This document shows, piece by piece, positions 36,357 to 44,103 of a stretch of DNA of 45,654 nucleotides. This DNA is from Bacteroidota bacterium. GTDB taxonomy: Bacteria > Bacteroidota > Bacteroidia > NS11-12g > UBA955. Positions within the stretch are counted from its first letter, which is position 1. Each line of letters starts with the position of its first letter. Position numbers and translations under genes: made by a program. The stretch is from the NCBI GenBank assembly GCA_005788145.1, contig SXYY01000127.1:1-45654 (forward strand), given 5' to 3'. The notes beneath the pieces are model-generated. The model made no database searches and was not told the origin of the DNA. It saw only the letters and a list, made by a program, of their open reading frames with translations.

Positions 36357-38483
36357 CTAAAATCCAATTAACAATTGGAATGCTCTTCCAGGCATAAACA
36401 CCCCAGATCCGTGGGTTTTGTATAGTTGATTGCCCACATTGGTCATGGCAAAATCTACATACACTCCCCGCTGTTGATACCTGCAACGCAGATCGCCAGT
36501 AACATAGCCCGGCGTACCCGCTGCGCCAATTCTATTGTCTTGAATATCGCCCTTGGCCAAACGCTGTTGTGACTTCGCGCCGTACATCGCCAATACAAAT
36601 TGCCATTGTTTATTGGGTCTATAAACCCACTCTGCATGTAACATGGCGGGTGGAATTCTTCGCATGGGCTCTTGCATCGTGTGATTATCTCCTACCGTGA
36701 AAAAGGCCCCAGCCTTTACTTGTGTCTTTTTCCCAATCAGCATTTGAAGATCGCATTCCGCCCCCAAAATTTCCGACTCCCCCACATTTTGTTTAGAATA
36801 AACCGGATAGCCCTGTAAACTGTCTGTGGGCGACTTCACGCGGGAGATTAAACCAGACAGTTGGTTGTGATAAGCACACACAGTGGCCATCGCTCGATCC
36901 GATTTCCATTTGATCCCCAGCTCTTTATTCAAACTATATTCTGGCTCTAGACCGTATTGAGGCAACTCAAACCGAAAATCCACAATGCCCAGAGTGCCCA
37001 AATCATCTACATTCGGACTCCGAAAACTGCTACCTATGTTGCCGTACACATATAAATGGTTGCTCAATTTCCTAGAAGCCGCAACATCAAAAACCACCGC
37101 CTCATTGTTATCTACCACCTCGCCCAACTCAACGGTGGGAATGCGCACCTGTGTACCACTGTATCTCAGCCCAGCCCTCAAAAGTCCGCATTTCCATGAT
37201 TGCGTGGCATATATAAAAGCAGATGTTTGGTTATTGGTGGCGTTGTTCGGATACAAAGCCCTGAGTTCTTTTGCGGTGGCAGTGGTGTGATTGAAATCGG
37301 ACCTTTGAGAAAAAACCCGGTCCACGTAACCGTCAACCCCCATCACATATTGAAAACCCCGTTTTTGCACCCCAAAGATTTTCACCGTAACCAAACGCGT
37401 ATCTACCGAATCTCTTTCGCGCCGCGATGTTACCGCCGCATTCTTTTGAAATGATCGCCATTCGCTCTGACTTTGCTGTCCGCCCACAATCTCCACTTTC
37501 TCAAATATTCCTAGAACATTTGCCCATTCCTTTTTAACATAGGTCAACGAACGCAATTGCAAATCCATGTTGTAATAGGCGTGGTTTTCCAGCACCACTT
37601 TGTGATACACCGGTACATCAAACTGATTGTGGTTCTGGTGTGCAAACGTCCACTTTCCTTGCTTCCCATATACCTGAAACTTCCCATCAAAATTCCGCTC
37701 ACTATAGCCAGTTGGTGTGAGTTGTGCTTGATCACCCCCCGCAACGATGTTCCCAAAATTCCGTAAGGTACCGCCCAAGGTCAAACCAAATTTGGCCGTC
37801 GCATAATCAATGGATCCGCGGGCAGAAAGTTCTTGTTGGCCAGACATGCCCCTGACAAAAAAATGGGGCACCCACCGATTGAGATTTTTGGTTTCGGGTT
37901 CGTGAAATTTGGCCAAAATCACACCGCCCATCGCATCGGAACCATATTGCACAGCGCCATTGCCAAACAATACCTCCAGCTGATCCAAGCCAAATGCATC
38001 CACCGTATTTAAATACTGATTGGGCCCATACCGAAAAATGGAGTTGTTCAAGCGAATCCCATCCACCATCATCAACGTTTGATTACCCTGAAGTCCGCGC
38101 AGCGTGGGAGAGCCACCGCCGTGGTTGGTTTTTTGTACCAATACCCCAGTTTGATGCATCAGCAACTCTGGGGTAGTTCTGGTTTCACTGCCCGAAACAG
38201 CGCCAATTTTCTTTATATCGGTGCGATATGGCTGCCTTTCCCAAGCCGTTGCCCGCAACAATGTAGCCTCAACCCTCACCTCAGCAAGTTTTTCCGCACG
38301 AAGCGAATCGCCCAGAATAGCCACCTCTTTCATGGCCTCTACAAGGGGCCGAGCCACAAAAATCGAAGAATCAATACTACTATTCGACAAGACCAATGAG
38401 GGACACACAAAAAGCCATCCCCCAAAAAATCCCATGAATAATTTTCTTTTCATCGACATCCTCTGTAGTCGGGAATTAGTCAA
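36357..38483 (-). CDS. TonB-dependent receptor (plug + 22-strand barrel type)
   Basis: 708 aa. Plug motifs 'NHGGGSPTLRGLQGNQTLMMVDGIRLNN' and 'VLFGNGAVQYGSDAMGGVI'. C-terminal 'RAFQLLIGF'. Its start overlaps the upstream phosphoesterase stop by 8 nt. Confidence 0.85.
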   Translation of the reverse strand: MTNSRLQRMSMKRKLFMGFFGGWLFVCPSLVLSNSSIDSSIFVARPLVEAMKEVAILGDSLRAEKLAEVRVEATLLRATAWERQPYRTDIKKIGAVSGSETRTTPELLMHQTGVLVQKTNHGGGSPTLRGLQGNQTLMMVDGIRLNNSIFRYGPNQYLNTVDAFGLDQLEVLFGNGAVQYGSDAMGGVILAKFHEPETKNLNRWVPHFFVRGMSGQQELSARGSIDYATAKFGLTLGGTLRNFGNIVAGGDQAQLTPTGYSERNFDGKFQVYGKQGKWTFAHQNHNQFDVPVYHKVVLENHAYYNMDLQLRSLTYVKKEWANVLGIFEKVEIVGGQQSQSEWRSFQKNAAVTSRRERDSVDTRLVTVKIFGVQKRGFQYVMGVDGYVDRVFSQRSDFNHTTATAKELRALYPNNATNNQTSAFIYATQSWKCGLLRAGLRYSGTQVRIPTVELGEVVDNNEAVVFDVAASRKLSNHLYVYGNIGSSFRSPNVDDLGTLGIVDFRFELPQYGLEPEYSLNKELGIKWKSDRAMATVCAYHNQLSGLISRVKSPTDSLQGYPVYSKQNVGESEILGAECDLQMLIGKKTQVKAGAFFTVGDNHTMQEPMRRIPPAMLHAEWVYRPNKQWQFVLAMYGAKSQQRLAKGDIQDNRIGAAGTPGYVTGDLRCRYQQRGVYVDFAMTNVGNQLYKTHGSGVFMPGRAFQLLIGF

Positions 38484-40917
38484 TATCCATGGCCTTCACC
38501 CAAGGGGCCTGCCTCAACGTGGGCAATTTGGCTCGCTCTCCCTTCACGTACTTCCACAATATTTCATTCATGAGTTGTTCGTTGGCACGATCTTCACGCG
38601 ACAAATCCAATTTCTCGCTCATGCGCATCAAATACGAGGTGGCTTTGGGATTGGAGGCAGAATTCACCTCGTTCAAGTCAACCTCAGCGGCTACAAAATT
38701 GAATCCTTTCCGATTCACCGTATCTGAAAAACATCGCCACATGGGCTCGGCGCCCGCATCGTACTGACTCATAGGCGGCATACCCAAAATCAACTCCATG
38801 GTACGCAGCATCGAACTCGTGCTGTACTTGGTGTGATCCACAAACCCTCTTTTCACCATGCCCCCGGCAACATAGGCCGTGGAGCGATGCGCATCGATGT
38901 GATCCGCGCCGTTCTGTGCATCGTCTTCCAAAATGAATACCACACTCTCGCTCCAAATGGGCGACTTCGACAAATAATCTACAAACAATCCCACCGCCAA
39001 GTCGTTATCTGCCACATGGGCAAATGGCGTAGGCCTTCCCTTCCTAACCCCTTCGGTGTGGTCATTGATAAAACGCAAAGTATTCAGTGCAGGGACCTCA
39101 TTGATCGCCAACAAACTATCGAAATCGCGACGCCATTGGTGAAACCTAATGCTATCTTTCACGGACTCATCCCATGATGTAAAATATGTGCAATGCTGAT
39201 TTTCGAGTACTGGGATGTTGGGCTTGTAATCGTCAACAAACTCTCCATAGCTACGAAAAGAAATACCTGCGCGCTTGGCATAATCCCATAGATACCCTTT
39301 TTGTGGAGCCGCAACAGCAGATTGCCCTTCGTAAACATATTCGCCGCCCCTTCCACCGTAATACGTCGGCCATGTTTTTTCGGTGTAATCGTTGGCATAC
39401 GCGCCTGTGCTCCACATGTGTCCATCCGCACTCACTTCGGCATCCACGTAAAAATGATCAAGTAAGACAAACTCCTCACACAATTTATGTTGATTTGGGG
39501 TAATGTCTCTCCCAAATAATAACAAAGACGTATCACCATCGCCGCCAGCCAAATCAGACAATACTTGGTCGTAGGTTCGATTTTCTTTGATAATATAAAA
39601 CACATGTTTGATGGGCGATGAATCCCCCACGCGGTTCGGTATGGGATTTTCTTCGGGAATATCCAAGATGCGGCCCTGAGCGCTAGCGAGGGGAGTATTG
39701 GCATAGACCTTCGCAGTATTTTCTGCGAGCAATTGTATTTCTATGACTTGCTCGATATTCATTAGTTGCAAACCACCCCGAAACAAACTACCGATGTATT
39801 CTACCTTATCCACATACTCCACTTTGATAGTGGACCCTTGGCCTTGCTGATACACTGTCCGGGTCTTTTTCTGCGCGGGATTTGGACCTTTCGGATTTGC
39901 TTGTGATCCAAACCCCTTGCCATTGGCAACCACCAGTTGATCGCCCCAAACCGCTACCTGGGTGGGATACCATCCGGTAGGTACGAACCCTTTGAGTCTA
40001 TATTTTCCGTAGGTTTTCACATCAAATACCGCCAATGCATTGTTATCGGCATTGGCCGCCAAAAGAATCCCTTTGTTCTGCATCAAACACAGTGCATTGG
40101 TACCGCTACCCGTTAGACTCGTTCCAAACAACCCCGCCGCAAGAACCTCCACCGCGTTGCCTTTTTTCAGATGAATAACATGTACAGAATTATCGTCGGA
40201 ACAAGCCACAAACAATCGCTTCCCTTTGGTATCGTATATCATTTCATTGGGATTATCACCCACCACAATTTTGGGTTCCCACTGATTTAATCGCGCATTG
40301 AAAACACCCACAGAAGCATCGCCCCAGTGACTTACGAAAACTTTATCGCCGCCATCGCCTGTAACACCATAGCCTGCAGAAGGCAATTTCCATTTTTGAC
40401 GCTGACTCACTTCGTTCAAAGAAATTTGATAGAAGCTGGAATCTTCCTTGGTCGCCACATACAATATCCGACGTTTCTCATCTATGTACAATCCCGTGGG
40501 CGAGATGCGCACAGGCCACTGATCTCCCAAATGAATGGAATCGATGTACTTCAACTTGCCGTTGGAAAACTGGTATCTGCCAATCACATTCAAATTGGCG
40601 CCCGTTGAAAACAATTGATTGGTTAAGCCGTCAAACGCCAAACCATAAAAAGTGGCTTTCACCGGTAAACTGTCTGTCATTAATCGCTGCTGCATATCAA
40701 AAACCATCAGCGAATGATCGCTTTGGCCAGCATTGGCGATGATCAAATAGCGATTCGATGGATCCAAAATCATATGCATTGGCAAATCACCCAGAGCATA
40801 TTTATCTCCCCCAGGAGTCAAACGCCAACCGTTGGGCAAATCAGTTTGTGCCTTTAAAGGCGAAAACATTGATGCTAGCAAGACCAGCACTCCGAGCAGT
40901 TTATTTGTGATTTTCAT
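38476..40917 (-). CDS. Secreted fusion protein: N-terminal YncE/YVTN-like beta-propeller + C-terminal phosphoesterase-family (PLC/AcpA, PF04185-type) domain
   Basis: Start MKITNKLLGVLVLLASMFSPLKAQ, which is a signal peptide (ORF opens at 40947). The propeller half has repeats such as 'LYVATKEDSSFYQI', 'LFVACSDDNSVHVI' and 'ILLAANADNNALAVFD'. The phosphoesterase half has 'IKHVFYIIKENRTYDQV', 'DAEVSADGHMWS' and 'ILEDDAQNGADHIDAHRS'. Confidence 0.8.
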   Translation of the reverse strand: MKITNKLLGVLVLLASMFSPLKAQTDLPNGWRLTPGGDKYALGDLPMHMILDPSNRYLIIANAGQSDHSLMVFDMQQRLMTDSLPVKATFYGLAFDGLTNQLFSTGANLNVIGRYQFSNGKLKYIDSIHLGDQWPVRISPTGLYIDEKRRILYVATKEDSSFYQISLNEVSQRQKWKLPSAGYGVTGDGGDKVFVSHWGDASVGVFNARLNQWEPKIVVGDNPNEMIYDTKGKRLFVACSDDNSVHVIHLKKGNAVEVLAAGLFGTSLTGSGTNALCLMQNKGILLAANADNNALAVFDVKTYGKYRLKGFVPTGWYPTQVAVWGDQLVVANGKGFGSQANPKGPNPAQKKTRTVYQQGQGSTIKVEYVDKVEYIGSLFRGGLQLMNIEQVIEIQLLAENTAKVYANTPLASAQGRILDIPEENPIPNRVGDSSPIKHVFYIIKENRTYDQVLSDLAGGDGDTSLLLFGRDITPNQHKLCEEFVLLDHFYVDAEVSADGHMWSTGAYANDYTEKTWPTYYGGRGGEYVYEGQSAVAAPQKGYLWDYAKRAGISFRSYGEFVDDYKPNIPVLENQHCTYFTSWDESVKDSIRFHQWRRDFDSLLAINEVPALNTLRFINDHTEGVRKGRPTPFAHVADNDLAVGLFVDYLSKSPIWSESVVFILEDDAQNGADHIDAHRSTAYVAGGMVKRGFVDHTKYSTSSMLRTMELILGMPPMSQYDAGAEPMWRCFSDTVNRKGFNFVAAEVDLNEVNSASNPKATSYLMRMSEKLDLSREDRANEQLMNEILWKYVKGERAKLPTLRQAPWVKAMDID

Positions 40918-43681
40918 AAAAGTCTTTTCTTTGTTGGTTCTCATCATCCATTAGATCCGGCATCTTCAACTCACGCCAAGGGATGCTGCGATTGTATTTT
41001 TTCAGGGCAACAGCAGGATCAAACACCCGCAAATCGCTAGGCTCCAAAGTATAGGGCCTAAAATCGGCTACTGGCGTGAAATAATCAGATAGGTCTGAAG
41101 CAGTGATGTCGAAATGATTCACCCCAGGAATACCCATTGTATTGTAAATCAACTTAATGATCGACCCAAAATTGGCATGCGTGTGCGATACATAATTGCG
41201 TTTCACATAAGGCCCTGCCATCAGCAAAATGCTTCGATGCGCATCGATGTGATCCACCCCACCCTGTGGATCATCTTCCGTAACAATCACCAATGTGCTC
41301 TTCCAATAGGGTGTGTGGGATAAAAAATGCAACATCCTGCCCAAGGCCAAATCGTTGTCTGCCACATAACTGTGAACGAATGGATAACCATCGGCCGGTC
41401 GCGGCTTTGAAGTATGGTCGTTTGGTAATTGGATGGTAATTAAGTTGGGCATGGAATCAGTACCCATCAGCCACTTTTGGGTAAATTCTGTTTCAAACTG
41501 TTCTACCCTAAATTGATCCGGTATGCTGGTATTGTAACCCGCGTAATTTCTCGATGTATATGAATAAATGGCCGATGGCATAGGGAAGGCAACGGCAATA
41601 CCGGTACCATTCAACGTATCGTACCAATCTTCCCTCACACCTTGATATTCATTGGCTTCTCCAAAATTGTAAATCGTTTTTCCCGATCGCTGCACAGCTT
41701 CCCATAAACCACCAATCTGATTATAATCTTCTGGATCCATCGCCCCAGTGGTCTTTGGCATCCGTCGGCCCGGCGCAGGAGATAACACCCGAAAATCACC
41801 GTCGTTGGCCGCATTGGTCTCCACATATTCATTGGGCATGGTACCCATCATCCAATGATGACCGTGAATGGAAGCATCAGAATCGCAATAAAAATTGTCG
41901 CTGTAAGAAAAACTCTTCGCCAATTTGTGGTGGTTCGGAGTGATTTTCAATTGCTTCATGCGCGCCTCTATCTCCTCTTTTTTCAGGGTATCCACCCCAT
42001 AATCCCAGAGTTGATCGTTGTGAATCATTTGCAATTGACCCTTGATGGTGTATTCGCAGTTCACGCCGAAACGACTCAAACTGGAATCGCCATTGGCCTC
42101 GGTCAATTGTCCAAAAACTTCATCGTATGTGCGATTTTCCTTGGTAATATAAACGATGTGTTTGATGGGTGAATTTGGGCCAAAAAATTGACCATGTATG
42201 GCTGTTGCTGGTGAGGTTTGATAAGTATAATCAAGCACGAGTTGTTTCGAAACAGCCAATTCTTCGTTTGAAAGCATTTTTACGCGCTGCAAACTACCCA
42301 ACTGAATATCACCTATATAGGTTCCTTGTATCGGGGCCTTGAAATTTTTACCGCCATTGGGACCGGCACCCAATCCGCGGGCCGAAGTGATCAACACAGC
42401 ACCAGAACTGGGCAAACATTTTACACGCGTAGCACCCCAACCCGCTGGAATCATCCCCAAGTTCTTCCCCGATTTTGCATCCAAAACTGCCACCGCATTG
42501 AAACCCAACAAAGCCACATACAAACGATTGGCTTTTCTATCAAGATCAATTCCATAAGGCATATATCCCCTAGATTGATCCAAAAAAGTTTCTGTTTTGA
42601 TGGGCCAAGTACCTTTCAATCGGTTCGATTTCAAATCAATCACGGCTATATCATCGCTGCCTGCTTGCGACACATAAGCATATTTTTCATTGCACACGAT
42701 ACTATTGGGATGCGCCCCACCCACAATTTCGGCATCCTCCAAAAATTCACCGATGCGTTTCCCCGTTTTGATTTTCGAAACCACCGAATTGGTGCGGGTA
42801 TCTATCACCCAAACACTCATCGATTGGTCATCGTTGGGATCGCCCAGCCCGGGAATAAACCGTCCTTCAAACTCAACACCCTCGCGAGATTCTTTGCTAT
42901 GAGCACCGTATGGAGGAAAATGCAACAAAAAGGAATCTTTCGTTTTTTCATTCACCCCTGGAACCACCGGATAGGCGTACATACCTACGTTGGCAACAAA
43001 TAATTTATGCTGTTTCGGGGCGATGGCAATGCCAAATGGAATGCGACCCGTAGGAATACTCGCCTTAATTTGATGGGTCTTCAATGAAAAGCGATGCAAC
43101 TGAAACCAAGCGCGATCCAACACCCATAAATCATCGTTCACTTCATCCAAAACCAAATCCGTGGCAAACGCTTCCTTATTTGATTCAGGATGTGCCTGGT
43201 TTAAATCAAAACTATCAACCAACGATTTTGCAACCACATCAAAAACCCATACCTTGCCTTTGTCGCCCCCGCTCAAAAACACCCGACGGTTATCGCTCGC
43301 AAAACAAGCCCCAATGAAGGAGGCATTTTTAATCACATCAGGGTTTTTCCCATCATAAGAAGGAAAACGTGAAACTTGAAGAGGACTGCTCATCAAATCC
43401 ACCACCGATATGGCGTTGCTATGCAATACAACCGCTGTTTTTTCATCGTTAGAAATGGCTAAACCATAGGGAGCACGCGTAATCAACTTCAACTCACCCG
43501 CTGGCTTTACAAACCTTCCGCTTGGTAAAACAGAAATGCCATCCTCCTTGATTTCTGCAAATTTATCTTTTCCAGGAACCTCTACATGTTGAGCAACCAA
43601 GATCGATTGAATGAACAAATAAACAACAACAGCAATGGGGCGTTTGAATCTGAAAAAAGACATAAGCGAACATATATTCAT
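40901..43681 (-). CDS. Secreted fusion protein, paralogue of 38476-40917: beta-propeller + phosphoesterase-family domain
   Basis: 926 aa. An alternative start at 43663 gives the signal 'MSFFRFKRPIAVVVYLFIQSILVAQ'. Motifs parallel to the paralogue are 'IKHIVYITKENRTYDEV', 'DSDASIHGHHWM' and 'VTEDDPQGGVDHIDAHRS'. Propeller repeats include 'VFLSGGDKGKVWVFD', 'LFVANVGMYAY' and 'LYVALLGFNAVAVLD'. Confidence 0.8.
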   Translation of the reverse strand: MNICSLMSFFRFKRPIAVVVYLFIQSILVAQHVEVPGKDKFAEIKEDGISVLPSGRFVKPAGELKLITRAPYGLAISNDEKTAVVLHSNAISVVDLMSSPLQVSRFPSYDGKNPDVIKNASFIGACFASDNRRVFLSGGDKGKVWVFDVVAKSLVDSFDLNQAHPESNKEAFATDLVLDEVNDDLWVLDRAWFQLHRFSLKTHQIKASIPTGRIPFGIAIAPKQHKLFVANVGMYAYPVVPGVNEKTKDSFLLHFPPYGAHSKESREGVEFEGRFIPGLGDPNDDQSMSVWVIDTRTNSVVSKIKTGKRIGEFLEDAEIVGGAHPNSIVCNEKYAYVSQAGSDDIAVIDLKSNRLKGTWPIKTETFLDQSRGYMPYGIDLDRKANRLYVALLGFNAVAVLDAKSGKNLGMIPAGWGATRVKCLPSSGAVLITSARGLGAGPNGGKNFKAPIQGTYIGDIQLGSLQRVKMLSNEELAVSKQLVLDYTYQTSPATAIHGQFFGPNSPIKHIVYITKENRTYDEVFGQLTEANGDSSLSRFGVNCEYTIKGQLQMIHNDQLWDYGVDTLKKEEIEARMKQLKITPNHHKLAKSFSYSDNFYCDSDASIHGHHWMMGTMPNEYVETNAANDGDFRVLSPAPGRRMPKTTGAMDPEDYNQIGGLWEAVQRSGKTIYNFGEANEYQGVREDWYDTLNGTGIAVAFPMPSAIYSYTSRNYAGYNTSIPDQFRVEQFETEFTQKWLMGTDSMPNLITIQLPNDHTSKPRPADGYPFVHSYVADNDLALGRMLHFLSHTPYWKSTLVIVTEDDPQGGVDHIDAHRSILLMAGPYVKRNYVSHTHANFGSIIKLIYNTMGIPGVNHFDITASDLSDYFTPVADFRPYTLEPSDLRVFDPAVALKKYNRSIPWRELKMPDLMDDENQQRKDFYENHK

Positions 43682-44103
43682 TAGGTTGGCAGGAGATTAT
43701 GAAGTTGTGAAGGAATCAATAATCCCTCGATGCTAAAATCGTTAGGCCTTAATCATTTAACAATAAAATACTCATCTAGGTGTATCAATCGACACTGAAT
43801 TTTGTAAAAAAATGTCACGATCAAAATCTGAGGTTCGTCTGAATGGTTGGCTTCAAACGATATGGCCAAGTCAACTTCCACCACTGAGTGTGCGGGAAAT
43901 TCATTGGTTAATTTTCACATTCCCAATTCCGTTTTGGTCCATTTTATTCATGCTATTTATAGTGGTAAAATTCATAAAAAGCCGCATTATTTGCAATCAC
44001 AAACAAGGTTAAATCCCGTTTTGCAAAGCACTTTGTTAATAATTCATTAACAATTAAACCATCTCCGTTTTGTTATTTCGCTTACTACTAACAACCTATA
44101 GAA

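Noticed and set aside
42326-43003. 225-aa ORF antisense within the 926-aa phosphoesterase fusion gene.
   Set aside because: It is a shadow ORF. The sense-strand protein has clear family motifs and the antisense product has none.
43812-44050. Two overlapping small ORFs (66-67 aa) in the 422-bp divergent intergenic region, one of them hydrophobic ('IHWLIFTFPIPFWSILFMLFIVV').
   Set aside because: AT-rich DNA readily yields Phe/Ile/Leu-rich pseudo-ORFs. There is no supporting promoter or start context and no homology that I recognise. I kept the region as regulatory.
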